From contig DASPNR010000013.1 in assembly GCA_035626395.1 (NCBI GenBank), positions 89,308 to 153,307 of the forward strand: a DNA stretch of 64,000 bases, written 5' to 3'. Source of the stretch: Candidatus Limnocylindrales bacterium. GTDB lineage: Bacteria; Desulfobacterota; Binatia; UBA1149; CAITLU01. The notes beneath the pieces are model-generated. The model made no database searches and had not been told where the DNA came from. It was given only the letters and a program-made list of their open reading frames with translations. The position numbers and the translations under genes are program-made. Positions 37,456 to 47,199 of the stretch are shown piece after piece; position 1 is the stretch's first letter, and every line of letters starts with the position of its first letter.

Positions 37456-39483
37456 ATGAAAGCGAAGCGGAACACGAAATGGACGGTGCTGGTCTGCCTG
37501 GTCGTGGCGGCAGTGGCGCTGGCGGAGGTTTCCGACACCGCCGCCGCACGCAAGCAGCGCGGCGCTGCTCGGCAGGCAACCGAGCGGAGCGACGCGGCGG
37601 GCGAGGCAGGCACGCGCGATGCGCGCGAGGCGGCACCGGCCGGCGCTGCAGCCGGCGAGGCCGGCAGCGGGCAGGGCACGGACGATCTGATCGGACGATG
37701 GCGCAAGCTGGTCGGCAACGCTGCGCCTTCGCGCATCACCACTCTGCTCGGCATCGTGCATCCGGTCCAGGGTCAGGATCTGGCCGCGCGGTTTGAGCCG
37801 GACCCGTCCGGCGGCGCGCGCTACGTCGCCGACGATCTGGCGCTCGACATCCACCTTCCCATTGCGAGGCCTTTTCGCGTCGAGGACGCACGCATCGTGC
37901 TGGAGCCGTCGGCCGACGGCGCATCCATGCGCTTCGAGATCAGCGGCTCGGCCTTCGGCGCACCCACGCGCCCGCTCACTGACGGAACGGTCGTCTGGGG
38001 TGCCGGTCCGCTGGGCGGCGACAAGCTCACGGCAAGGCTCCATCTGCAGAACGCGCAGGTGGAGGCGCTGCGCGCGGCATTCCCCGAACGCTTCGATCCG
38101 AGCTTCACGGGCGCGATGTCGATGCAGGTGGACGCCGACGGCATCGTCGGCGAGAGCACGAGCGAGGAAGCGCCGGCCACGCCGCTTCGAGGCAAGATCA
38201 GCGGCAGCATCGACTGGAGCCTGTTCGGCCGCACCGCGCCGCTGCAGTTCTCGAGCGACTTCTCGATCGACGATCGCATGCTGCGTCTGAGCGGCGGCCA
38301 GATGGCCTGGCAGAACCTGACGCTGTCGCAGGTCAAAGGCACTGCGGGCGTGCGCACCAGCGGGGACTTCCGGCTCAGCGCCGCCTTCGGCGACGTCGAT
38401 GCGGGCAAGGTCGCCGCCGACTGGGACGTGCCGGAGCCGTGGAGGCCGCAGGCGATCGTGCGCGGCAAGATCGAGTTCTTCGGCAAGCCGGGCGAGTCGT
38501 TCATCGCGTACGATGCGGAATCACCCGAGATCTTCGTTCCCGCCATGGCCGGATATCCGGTGCGGCTGAAGCCGACGCGCATCGCGGGCCGCCTGGCGGC
38601 CATCAACGGCGACGTGATCGCGAGCTTTCGTCCCGGTTCCTTCCACGTCGGCCCGTTCGATCTCGGCGACGTGGGCTTCGGCCTGCGCTGGTTTCGTGAA
38701 CATCTGCAGGTCAATATCGCCAACACCACGCTCTGGGGCAGCGATGCGGCGGTGACGGCGACGTACCGTGCACCCGAGCACCCGGCAGCGACGTTCACGG
38801 GAAAGATCGGGCCGATCGCGATGAACGATCTGGCGCCGCGCGTGGTGCCCGCGCTGTCGCTGGACGTCGAAGGCATGGGCGAGGCGGCGTTTCGCGCGGG
38901 CCAGGACATCGCACGCAACAAGTATTTCGTGGGCCGCGCCGGCATCCGCAACGGTCGCTGGGGAAGCGACAATCTCTTCGAGAAGCTGATGGAGGCTCTG
39001 GCGGCGGCCGATCCCGCGCTAGCGCTGCCCGCCGCTTCCGCTTCGCTGGTGCCGCGGCACAAATCGGGTCGCGGCACGCCCGGCGACCGCATCCTGTTCG
39101 CATTCGCGCAGCGCGAACAGGACTACGAGATCGGCGGCGTGCTCGTGCGAGCCGGTGAGACGCAGCTCGAAGCCGACGGTCGCATGACGCGCGACGGTGC
39201 GCTGCAGCTCCAGGGCCACGTCCACCTGCCGGCGCAGGTGACGGATGCGCTCGTCTCGTCGGCTCCGTGGGCGAAGGCGCTGCGCGTCGCGCCGGCCGCC
39301 GGGACGTACGTCCACGTGTTCATCGGCGGCACGGCGGCTGCGCCGACGATCGCGCTGACTCCCCAGTACGTGGAGCTGGTGGCGCAGGCCAAGGCGGGGC
39401 GGCCCGTCGAGGCGCCGCGCAACGTGGCCGTCAAGAGCCTTGCCGACGATCAGCTTCCGACTTTGGGCATCGACATCGAGTGA
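37456..39483 (+). CDS. Large membrane-anchored periplasmic protein, possibly AsmA-like; function unknown
   Basis: ATG 37456 (MKAKRNTKWTVLVCLVVAAVALA) provides an N-terminal anchor. A low-complexity linker and a long beta-rich body follow. The C-terminal segment VHVFIGGTAAAPTIALTPQY resembles AsmA-family C-termini. Confidence 0.55.
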   Translation: MKAKRNTKWTVLVCLVVAAVALAEVSDTAAARKQRGAARQATERSDAAGEAGTRDAREAAPAGAAAGEAGSGQGTDDLIGRWRKLVGNAAPSRITTLLGIVHPVQGQDLAARFEPDPSGGARYVADDLALDIHLPIARPFRVEDARIVLEPSADGASMRFEISGSAFGAPTRPLTDGTVVWGAGPLGGDKLTARLHLQNAQVEALRAAFPERFDPSFTGAMSMQVDADGIVGESTSEEAPATPLRGKISGSIDWSLFGRTAPLQFSSDFSIDDRMLRLSGGQMAWQNLTLSQVKGTAGVRTSGDFRLSAAFGDVDAGKVAADWDVPEPWRPQAIVRGKIEFFGKPGESFIAYDAESPEIFVPAMAGYPVRLKPTRIAGRLAAINGDVIASFRPGSFHVGPFDLGDVGFGLRWFREHLQVNIANTTLWGSDAAVTATYRAPEHPAATFTGKIGPIAMNDLAPRVVPALSLDVEGMGEAAFRAGQDIARNKYFVGRAGIRNGRWGSDNLFEKLMEALAAADPALALPAASASLVPRHKSGRGTPGDRILFAFAQREQDYEIGGVLVRAGETQLEADGRMTRDGALQLQGHVHLPAQVTDALVSSAPWAKALRVAPAAGTYVHVFIGGTAAAPTIALTPQYVELVAQAKAGRPVEAPRNVAVKSLADDQLPTLGIDIE

Positions 39484-39800
39484 CCGGGCTGCTGCTGACG
39501 CTGGCGCTGCTGGCGGCGCTTGCGGCGAGCGCGTATCGCTGGCTGCGCCGGCGGCGCTTCCGTCAGGCACTGGCCGCGCTTCCGGGCGGCAGTCCCGCCA
39601 CCGCCATCGAGGTCGAAGGCTTTGGAGAGATCGACTTCCACGTCCACCAGCGCATCTGTCCGTGCGGCGGGCGTGTGCAAAGCCTCGGCGAGCGCTCCTC
39701 GCCCGCCGGCCAGCAAGTGCTGCGCGTGGTTCGGGTCGAATGCCGCTCCTGCGAGGAGATCGCCGAGATCTGGTTCGACGCCTCGCGCGCCTATCATTGA
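39480..39800 (+). CDS. Small TM-anchored zinc-ribbon protein
   Basis: GTG 39480 overlaps the upstream stop (GTGA). VTGLLLTLALLAALAASAY is the TM segment, and CPCGG...CRSCEE are paired Cys motifs. Confidence 0.5.
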   Translation: MTGLLLTLALLAALAASAYRWLRRRRFRQALAALPGGSPATAIEVEGFGEIDFHVHQRICPCGGRVQSLGERSSPAGQQVLRVVRVECRSCEEIAEIWFDASRAYH

Positions 39801-39809
39801 GCCATCTTC

Positions 39810-40139
39810 ATGAGCGAGAGGCGACGAGAAGTGGACGTTTCGGAGGCCGAGCTGGACGCCGGCCTCGGCGTCTACACGCTGTTCTTCTCGGTGCCACGCT
39901 TCGAGATCGTCTTCTTCAAGCTGGTCATCGAGTCCTACGAGGGCCTCGCGTCGGGCCGCTCGATGGACCGCCACCCCGGCGACGACGAGGGTCGGGTGCT
40001 CGAGGCGGTGCTGGCAGTGCCCGATCTGATCGAGGACACGCGCCGCATGCTCAGCTGGCTGCTCGAGGCTACCGACGCGGTGCAGGTGCCTTCGTCCTCG
40101 GCGCTGCGGCGCGAGCTGCGCGAGGCGTTGTCACTCTGA
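39810..40139 (+). CDS. DUF4911-like protein
   Basis: FEIVFFKLVIESYEGLA matches the DUF4911 core pattern (I-x-F-x-K-F-I-x-E-x-Y-D/E-G-L-A) as I remember it. The product is 109 aa. Confidence 0.55.
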   Translation: MSERRREVDVSEAELDAGLGVYTLFFSVPRFEIVFFKLVIESYEGLASGRSMDRHPGDDEGRVLEAVLAVPDLIEDTRRMLSWLLEATDAVQVPSSSALRRELREALSL

Positions 40140-40239
40140 GGCAGGCGGCACGGTTGCCGGCGTGAAAGCGGGCGCTTCGAGACCAGCATCGATGGCCGGA
40201 CGCATTGCATCTTGCGGCTGCGCCCGCGCGGCGATGTTG

Positions 40240-41019
40240 TCATGCGCCGCCGTCGCTCGCGGCGGCGCCGGCCTCCCCGGCCACCGCCTCGGTGCGGCGG
40301 CCGCACGTGTACGCCACGCCGATCGACAGCACGTACAGGATCAGCAGCGGCACCGCCATCATCATCTGGGAGGCGACGTCGGGAGGCGTCAGGATGGCGG
40401 CCACGATGAAGATCGCCAGCACCGCGAAGCGCGCATAGTCGATCAGCATCCGGTGCGTGACCACGCCGGCGCGCGCCAGGAAATACGTCAGCACCGGCAT
40501 CTCGAACGTGATGCCGAAGGCCAGCATCATGCGCGAGGAGAACGAAAGATATTCGCTGATGCGCAGCACCGGCGTCGCGCCGATGTTCTCGTACTCCTGC
40601 AGGAAGAACGGGAAGCCGACCGGGAAGACCACGCGGTAGCAGAAGGATGCGCCGGCCAGGAAGAAGAACGTGCCGGCGATGGTGAACCAGCGTGCGAAGC
40701 CCGCCTCGCTCTCCTTGAGGCCGGGCACGATGAACTTCCACAGCTGGTACAGCACCACCGGCAGCGCCAGGAACACCGCGGCCACGGCGCACACCGCGAT
40801 GCGCGTGAAGAACGCCTCTGCCACGCCGGTGCCGACGATCTGCACTTCGTATCCGGAGCTGGCGGCGCTGGTTAGCAGCGGAGCTTCGAGAAACTCGAAA
40901 AGCTGGCGCGAATACGGATAGCAGAACGCGAAAGCGACGGTGATCGCGCCGAGGGCGATGGCGATACGCCGGCGAAGCTCGGCGAGATGGCCGGTCAGTG
41001 GCAGCTCGACGTCGGCCAT
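40240..41019 (-). CDS. tatC: Twin-arginine translocase subunit TatC
   Basis: Internal ATG 41019 (MADVELPLTGHLAELRRRI), six TM segments, and TPPDVASQ near the C-terminus. Confidence 0.95.
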   Translation of the reverse strand: MADVELPLTGHLAELRRRIAIALGAITVAFAFCYPYSRQLFEFLEAPLLTSAASSGYEVQIVGTGVAEAFFTRIAVCAVAAVFLALPVVLYQLWKFIVPGLKESEAGFARWFTIAGTFFFLAGASFCYRVVFPVGFPFFLQEYENIGATPVLRISEYLSFSSRMMLAFGITFEMPVLTYFLARAGVVTHRMLIDYARFAVLAIFIVAAILTPPDVASQMMMAVPLLILYVLSIGVAYTCGRRTEAVAGEAGAAASDGGA

Positions 41020-41029
41020 CGTCGCGGCG

Positions 41030-41518
41030 TCAGGAGGCTTTGTCGGAGGTTGCGGGCGCCGGAGGCGGCATCGGGCGATCGGTGGCTGCCGAAGTCTGCG
41101 GTGCGGCCGACGGCGACGACGAAGCGTCGAGCGCGACATCGGCAGCCGGCGCCGGCGCGCCAGGACCCGCCGGCGCCGTGTGGACGGCGGCGGCTGCGCC
41201 TCGGGAAGCCAGGCCGGTTGCGGCTGCAGCGCCCGACGCACTCGCGGCATCGGGCGTCGTCGAAGCGGGTTTCTCCTCGACCCGCTGCGTGCGCGAGACG
41301 CGCTTGTCGGGCTGCGCTGCCTTGGCCGTCTGCCGGGTTTCCTCCTCGAGCATGATGCGCGCGTTCTCCAGCTCCTCGCTGATGTCGGAAGTGGCGCGAC
41401 GGAACTCGCCCATGGCCTTGCCGAGAGCACGCGCCAGCTCGGGCAGGCGCGTGGGCCCGAGCACGAGCAGCGCGATGACGAGAATGACGATGAGCTCGCT
41501 GGGGCCGATGCCGAACAT
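41030..41518 (-). CDS. tatB: TatA/TatB-family translocase subunit (length suggests TatB)
   Basis: [42 protein letters not shown] is followed by a long Ala/Pro-rich tail. Confidence 0.85.
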   Translation of the reverse strand: MFGIGPSELIVILVIALLVLGPTRLPELARALGKAMGEFRRATSDISEELENARIMLEEETRQTAKAAQPDKRVSRTQRVEEKPASTTPDAASASGAAAATGLASRGAAAAVHTAPAGPGAPAPAADVALDASSSPSAAPQTSAATDRPMPPPAPATSDKAS

Positions 41519-41605
41519 CCGCGTCGCACGCTAGGAGCACGTGGGCAGAGTGTCAACCCTGCTGCAGCGCTGGCATGCGCGCCGCTGCTGCCTAAGAATC
41601 GTCTC

Positions 41606-42628
41606 GTGCGCGACACCGTCCTGCTGATCGATCCGCGTTTCCGCCAGCATCTCACCGGCAGCCACCACCCCGAACGGCCCGAACGACTCGAAGTGCTCGA
41701 GAGGCTCTTTGCCACCGAGGGCTTCGCCGATCTGCGCCGTCTCGCTCCGCGAGCGGCCGAGGAAGAGGAGCTGCGGCGCGTGCACGAGCACGATCACGTG
41801 GCCGCGGTGGCCGCCAGCGCTGCACGCGCGCACACCCAGTTCGACGCCGACACGCCCGCCTCCACCGGTTCCTTCGAAGCGGCGCGGCTGGCGGCCGGCG
41901 GCGCCATCGCCATGGCCGATGCCATTCTCGCCGGCGAAGCGGACAACGGTTTTGCCGCCCTGCGCCCGCCGGGCCATCACGCCGAGGCATGGCGACCGAT
42001 GGGGTTCTGCCTGTTCAACAACGTGGCGGTGGTCGCACGCCATCTTCGCCAGGCGCGAGGCCTGGACCGCGTGCTCATCGTCGATTGGGACGTGCATCAC
42101 GGCAACGGCACGCAGAACACCTTCTACGACGACGATTCGGTGATGTACGTGTCCACGCACCAGTATCCGTTCTATCCCGGCACCGGCTCGGCGGCCGAGA
42201 TCGGGCGCGGCGCGGGCACCGGCTACAACATCAACGTCCCGATGCCCGCGGGGGCCGGTGACGAGCACTACTACGCAGCCTTTCGCGATCTCATCCTGCC
42301 GGTGGCGCGCCGGTTCCGGCCGCAGTTCGTTCTGGTGTCGGCCGGATTCGACGCGCATCGCAGCGATCCGCTTGCATCGATGCAGCTGAGCACCGAGGCG
42401 TTCGGCGAGATGACCAACGCGCTCGTCGAAGTGGCCGACGAGCACGCGCAGGGAAGAATCCTTCTTCTGCTCGAGGGCGGCTACGATCTTTCGGCGCTGG
42501 CGGCGTCGGTCGAGCGTTCGGTGGACGCGTTGCGCCGGCCCGCGCGCTTCGAGCGCAGCGAGGGCGAGCTCACTGCATGGGGACGTCAGGCGGCCGAGGC
42601 GGCGGCGGCCGTGTGGGATACGGAATGA
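41606..42628 (+). CDS. Histone deacetylase-family (HDAC/AcuC/Aph-like) deacetylase
   Basis: GTG 41606 (VRDTVLLIDPRF...HPERPERL), RPPGHHA, DWDVHHGNGTQ, SAGFDAH, EGGY. Confidence 0.9.
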   Translation: MRDTVLLIDPRFRQHLTGSHHPERPERLEVLERLFATEGFADLRRLAPRAAEEEELRRVHEHDHVAAVAASAARAHTQFDADTPASTGSFEAARLAAGGAIAMADAILAGEADNGFAALRPPGHHAEAWRPMGFCLFNNVAVVARHLRQARGLDRVLIVDWDVHHGNGTQNTFYDDDSVMYVSTHQYPFYPGTGSAAEIGRGAGTGYNINVPMPAGAGDEHYYAAFRDLILPVARRFRPQFVLVSAGFDAHRSDPLASMQLSTEAFGEMTNALVEVADEHAQGRILLLLEGGYDLSALAASVERSVDALRRPARFERSEGELTAWGRQAAEAAAAVWDTE

Positions 42629-45600
42629 ACCCGGGCTCGGCCCGGCGCGCGCTCTCCTGATCCGGCGGCGAGGGCGGCGGCGCCACGGTGCCCGGCGGGC
42701 GCACGCGCGCGCCCGGCGGCGGCGCGGTTGGCTTGGGCGGGCGCTGCTCGGGCAGCGTCGGCGACGGCCCACCGCTGGGCAGATCGTCCGGCGGTCTTCG
42801 CTGCAGATCCTCTTCGGCCATCGGCGCCGTCAGCATGCGCTGGCGTTCCTGCGGCGTCGGATGGCGCGGCGCCATGTAGCGCTCCTCGATGATGGGCCGC
42901 GACGGCGTCGGCACGGCCGGCCTGCTCGGGCTCGGCGGCCGGTAGCTCGAGGAGGGCGGCTGGAAGTCGGGCGGCGGCCCCGGCGCGCGTGCACTCGGCG
43001 GCGGCGGCGTGCGGTGCGTCGGCGGGCTCACGGGCGGCCGGTCCGGCGGGCGCGGCGCCGGAACCGGCTCGCCGGTGCGAAGGTCGACGAAATCGTCCTC
43101 GTCGCGCGCCTCGTCCCGCTGCTCGCCATAGCGATCGATGATGCGCGGCCCGCGGCGCACGGGCTCCTCGACGCTCTCTTCGCGCGGCTCGAAGGGATCG
43201 TCGCGTTCCTGCGGGCTCGGCCGGCCGGAAGCATCCGCTGGCGGCGCTCCCGGCTCACGCGACGGCCGCTCGTACCGCTCCGCGTGCGGCCGCGGCTCCA
43301 CCCGCTCGAAATCGTCCTCCGACATCGTTCTCGGAGGATCCGGCGGCGGCAGCGGCAGGCGGCTGGGCGCGTAGCGGCTCGGCGGCGGCGCCGAGTACCG
43401 GGCGACCGGCGGCGGCCCCGCGCGATCCGCTGGGGGCGGCTCGCGGTCGGCCGGCGCCAAATAGCGGTCGCCGTCGGGAGGAGCCGAGTGCCGCTCGGCT
43501 CTCGGCGGTGCGGAATAGCGGGCAGCCGGCGGCGCGGAGTAGCGGCCCGGCGCCGGGTAACGGTCGGGCGGCGCGTCTCGGTCGGGCGGCGGCACGTATC
43601 GCTCCGGCGGAGGCGCCGCGTGTCGATCGGGCGGAGGCGCGGGCGGCGGCGGCGGAATGTAGCGGTCGGGCGGGCGCGGAGAGGAGCCCTGGGCCGGGAC
43701 GCGGAAGCGGCTGTCGTAGACGGGGCCGGCAGGGCGCTGGTAGCGCGGATCGGGCTCGGCCTCGGCCTCGTCGGGGATGCGGTAGACGCCGTCGTCCTCG
43801 CTTTCGAGGGGCACGCGATACGGATCGTTCTCGGCGGCCTCGACCTCTTCGCGGAAGCCGTCGTCGGGCTGCGTGTCGGGAAAGGTGTCCTCGGTGGCGC
43901 CGTCCTCGCCGGGCTCGGCGAGGATGGGTCTGCGAGGCTCGCGCCTCTCGTTCGCCCACACCGTCGGCGGCTCGATCGGTTCGGTGCCTTCCTTGAAGCA
44001 TTCCAGGAAGGCATCGGTCGTCGCTTCGCTGGCGCGCGTGCCGGAGCCCGCATCGATGTTGACGCAGCGGATGCCGTCGGGAAGCTCGAAGTCGCGCACG
44101 GGCCGAGACTGCAGCGCCGCCTTCATGAACTCGAGCCACACCGGCGCGGCCACGCGTCCACCGGTTCCCATCTTTCCCATGGAACGCGTCTGATCGTCGA
44201 AGCCGACCCAGACGCCCACGACGAGGTCGGGCGTGTAGCCGACGAACCACGCATCCCGCTGGTCGTTGGTGGTGCCGGTCTTGCCGGCAACGGGCCGGCC
44301 CAGCGCCTTGATGGTGGTTGCCGTACCGCGCTGCACGACGCCTTCGAGAATGTACGTCATCAGCGCGGCGGTCTGCGGCGACAACACCTCGCGGCGCCGC
44401 GCCTGCGCCTGGAAGAAGACGGTGCCGGCCTTGTCCTCCACTTTCTTGACGATGACGGGCTCGACCTTGACGCCGCCGCCGGCGAAAGCCGTGTAGCCGG
44501 CGGTCAGGTCCAGCAGCGACATCTCGGAGGTTCCCAGTGCGATCGAGAGGTTGGCGCCGAGCTCGGCGTCGAAGTGAAAGCGCTCCAGATAATCGACCAC
44601 GGTGTCGACACCGACCGCATCGACGAGCTTGACCGAGACCACGTTGCGCGACTGCTCGAGAGCCTGACGGAAGCTGATGGGCCCGCGGTAGTCGCGCGTG
44701 TAGTTTCGGGGCTGCCACGGCTTGCCGTTGTCCATGTACTCGACCGGCGAGTCGCGAAGCATGCTCGCCGGGGTGTAACCGTGGTCGAGGCCGGCTGCGT
44801 AGACGAACGGCTTGAACGCCGAGCCCGGCTGGCGCTTGGCCTGCAGCGCACGGTTGAACTGGGTGCGCAGGAAGTCGTAGCCGCCGACCATGGCCGCCAC
44901 TCCGCCATCCTTCATGTCGATGGCAACCAGCGCCGCCTCGATCTCCGGGGTCTGCGCGAGGTAGAGCTTGTCGGCGGAGGCCGGCTGCTGCGCGGGCGGC
45001 TCCTTGTCGGCTTCGCCGTCGCCGTCTTCGTCGAGATTGATGAACTGGCGCGGCGCCGATTCGCCCGGCTTGCGCGTGCGTACCTCGACGACGTCTCCGA
45101 CCTTGAACGACCTGCTCTTGACCTTCGAGCTCCAGCTGACCGAGGAGGTGTCGACCTTGCCTCGATGCGGGCCCACCACCACCTCGATGCTTCCCGAAGA
45201 GGCCGACGTGACCACGCCCTGATAGATGCGCTCGCGATCGAGCGTGGCCAGGGAAGGATCGGTGGCGTCGCGATCGATGCGCGACTGCATGCTCGTGGCG
45301 TCCAGGTGCTCGAGAGGGCCGCGATAGCCCAGGGCAGTATCGACGCGCTCGATGCCGTTGCGCACGGCGGCCTCGGCCAGGCCCTGCAGCCGCGGATCCA
45401 TCGCCGTGTGCACGGTGTAGCCCTGGTTGTACGGCGCATCCTCGCCGAACATCTCCTCGAGCTGCAGGCGCACCGCCTCGGTGTAGTAATTCCGCACCGA
45501 CTGCCGCTGGTCGGCCTGGGGCGCAAGGGTGAGCTCTTCGCGCAGCGCATTCTGGTAGTCGCCGGCGCTGAGGAAGTTCTCCTCGACCATGCGCCGCAGC

Positions 45601-46277
45601 ACGTAGCGCTGACGCTTCATGGCGGCTTCAGGGTTTCGGCGAGGAGAATATCGACTCGGAGCCGCCGGCAGGCCCGCCAGCAGCGCGGCCTGCGCGGGGG
45701 TCAGCTCGGAGACCTGCTTGTCGAAGTAGCTGCGGGCCGCGGCGCCGACGCCGTGATTGCCTTCGCCGAAGTAGATCTGGTTGAGGTACAGCTCCAGGAT
45801 CTGATCCTTGCTGAGGTGCTGCTCCAGGCGCAGCGCCAGCAGGATCTCCTTCATCTTTCGTTCGTAACTGCGCTCGGGTGTCAGCAGCAGGACCTTGACC
45901 ACCTGCTGCGTGATGGTGCTGCCGCCCTGCACGACCGAGCCGGCGCTGAGGTTGGCGGCGAATGCGCGCGCGATGCCGATGAAATCGACGCCGGAATGGC
46001 TGTAGAAGTCGGCGTCTTCGGAGGCCAGGAACGCGTTGCGCACCACCGGCGGGATCTTCTCGATGGGCACCAGGTAGCGGCGCTCGCGGTAGAACTCCTC
46101 GACCAGGGCGCCGTCGCTGGCAAAAACCCTGGTGGCAACCGGCGGCTCGTATTGAAGCAGGCGTTCGATGGGCGGCAGCGCCGAGGTCATTTCGTCGTAG
46201 GTGGCGAGCACGATCACGCCACCCACCGCGCACACGAGCGACAGCATCACTGCCACCATCCACTTCAGCATCCGCAT
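42570..46277 (-). CDS. mrcA: Penicillin-binding protein 1A (bifunctional transglycosylase/transpeptidase) with a ~466-aa Pro/Arg-rich C-terminal extension
   Basis: GT51 motifs are ASEDADFYSHSGVD, GGSTITQQVVK and RKMKE. Transpeptidase motifs are SAFKP (SxxK), SRN and KTGTT. Confidence 0.95.
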   Translation of the reverse strand: MRMLKWMVAVMLSLVCAVGGVIVLATYDEMTSALPPIERLLQYEPPVATRVFASDGALVEEFYRERRYLVPIEKIPPVVRNAFLASEDADFYSHSGVDFIGIARAFAANLSAGSVVQGGSTITQQVVKVLLLTPERSYERKMKEILLALRLEQHLSKDQILELYLNQIYFGEGNHGVGAAARSYFDKQVSELTPAQAALLAGLPAAPSRYSPRRNPEAAMKRQRYVLRRMVEENFLSAGDYQNALREELTLAPQADQRQSVRNYYTEAVRLQLEEMFGEDAPYNQGYTVHTAMDPRLQGLAEAAVRNGIERVDTALGYRGPLEHLDATSMQSRIDRDATDPSLATLDRERIYQGVVTSASSGSIEVVVGPHRGKVDTSSVSWSSKVKSRSFKVGDVVEVRTRKPGESAPRQFINLDEDGDGEADKEPPAQQPASADKLYLAQTPEIEAALVAIDMKDGGVAAMVGGYDFLRTQFNRALQAKRQPGSAFKPFVYAAGLDHGYTPASMLRDSPVEYMDNGKPWQPRNYTRDYRGPISFRQALEQSRNVVSVKLVDAVGVDTVVDYLERFHFDAELGANLSIALGTSEMSLLDLTAGYTAFAGGGVKVEPVIVKKVEDKAGTVFFQAQARRREVLSPQTAALMTYILEGVVQRGTATTIKALGRPVAGKTGTTNDQRDAWFVGYTPDLVVGVWVGFDDQTRSMGKMGTGGRVAAPVWLEFMKAALQSRPVRDFELPDGIRCVNIDAGSGTRASEATTDAFLECFKEGTEPIEPPTVWANERREPRRPILAEPGEDGATEDTFPDTQPDDGFREEVEAAENDPYRVPLESEDDGVYRIPDEAEAEPDPRYQRPAGPVYDSRFRVPAQGSSPRPPDRYIPPPPPAPPPDRHAAPPPERYVPPPDRDAPPDRYPAPGRYSAPPAARYSAPPRAERHSAPPDGDRYLAPADREPPPADRAGPPPVARYSAPPPSRYAPSRLPLPPPDPPRTMSEDDFERVEPRPHAERYERPSREPGAPPADASGRPSPQERDDPFEPREESVEEPVRRGPRIIDRYGEQRDEARDEDDFVDLRTGEPVPAPRPPDRPPVSPPTHRTPPPPSARAPGPPPDFQPPSSSYRPPSPSRPAVPTPSRPIIEERYMAPRHPTPQERQRMLTAPMAEEDLQRRPPDDLPSGGPSPTLPEQRPPKPTAPPPGARVRPPGTVAPPPSPPDQESARRAEPGFIPYPTRPPPPRPPDVPMQ
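42573..43970 (-). repeat. Low-complexity Pro/Arg/Asp/Glu-rich coding region with degenerate (D/E)RY...PP repeats (PBP1A tail)
   Basis: The region is aa ~770-1235 of PBP1A. An example stretch is PPDRYIPPPPPAPPPDRHAAPPPERYVPPPDRDAPPDRYPAPGRYSAPPAARYSAPPRAERHSAPP. Confidence 0.8.
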
Positions 46278-46410
46278 CGCTCGTATGTCCTTTATAAACC
46301 TTTCGAAAAGCTACCCGCGGTGGCACCGGCGCGCAACACGCCCGCCTGCGCGCGCACGGCCGTTGCGCGGAAGTTGTGAGCGTATGGGCGTCCGGTTATA
46401 GCCCCTCGAC

Positions 46411-47199
46411 GTGAACGCAGACGGGTTCTCCGGCGCCATTCGCCAGGCAGCGGCACTTCTCGCGCAAGCTCGCAGCGTAGTCGTCCTGACCGGCGCCGGC
46501 GTTTCGACCGAGTCGGGCATCCCCGACTTTCGTTCCCCTGGCGGCCTCTGGACCAGATACGATCCGCGCAAGCTGACATTCGATCTCTTCTGCGCGTACG
46601 AAGCCACGCGGCGCGACTACTGGAAGATGTCGACGGAGTCGTATCCGGTCCTGCGCGATGCCGAGCCCAATGCCGCGCACCATGCGATCGTGGCGATCGA
46701 GAAGGCCGGCAAGCTCTTGCGGCTGGTCACGCAGAACGTGGACGGCCTGCACCGAAAGGCGGGCAGCTCGCCCGAGCGCACCACCGAGATCCACGGCTCG
46801 TCGCTGCGCGCCGGCTGCATCGATTGCGGCGCCAGCCACGATCGCGAGCAGCTCCACCGCAGGCTGGTCGCGGGCGAGGTCGTGGTGCCCTCGTGCGACG
46901 TGTGCGGCGGGCGCGTCAAGCCGGCCACGATCTCGTTCGGCCAGTCGATGCCCGAGCGCGAGACGGCGCAGGCGTTCGAGGCGGCCGAAGCCTGCGACCT
47001 GATGCTGGTGGTCGGATCGTCGCTGCAGGTGTATCCGGCCGCCGCGCTTCCGGACACCGCCGTGGCGGCCGGATCGCGCCTGATCATCGTCAACAACGAG
47101 GAGACGCCCAAGGACGACATCGCCGACGTGCTGCTGCGCGGCTCGGCCGGCGAGTCGATGTCGCTGCTCGTGCGCGCGGCGGGTCTCGAGCTTCCTTGA
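46411..47199 (+). CDS. cobB: NAD-dependent protein deacylase (Sir2/CobB)
   Basis: GTG start. GAGVSTESGIPDFRSPGGLW, QNVDGLH, and the Zn-ribbon CIDCG...CDVCGG. Confidence 0.9.
   Translation: MNADGFSGAIRQAAALLAQARSVVVLTGAGVSTESGIPDFRSPGGLWTRYDPRKLTFDLFCAYEATRRDYWKMSTESYPVLRDAEPNAAHHAIVAIEKAGKLLRLVTQNVDGLHRKAGSSPERTTEIHGSSLRAGCIDCGASHDREQLHRRLVAGEVVVPSCDVCGGRVKPATISFGQSMPERETAQAFEAAEACDLMLVVGSSLQVYPAAALPDTAVAAGSRLIIVNNEETPKDDIADVLLRGSAGESMSLLVRAAGLELP

Noticed and set aside
42861-46379. 1,172-aa plus-strand ORF covering the whole PBP1A region
   Set aside because: It is antisense to a gene with unmistakable PBP1A motifs. Its translation is Arg/Ala/Gly/His-rich with no recognisable motif. Long stop-free antisense frames are expected at this GC content.
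46411-47199. Sir2-domain gene as part of an anti-phage system (Thoeris/DSR/SIR2-HerA style)
   Set aside because: It is a compact 262-aa canonical sirtuin with GAGxSxxSGIPDFR, QNVDGLH and a Cys4 zinc ribbon. It has no fused or adjacent effector or sensor genes, and its neighbours are housekeeping genes.
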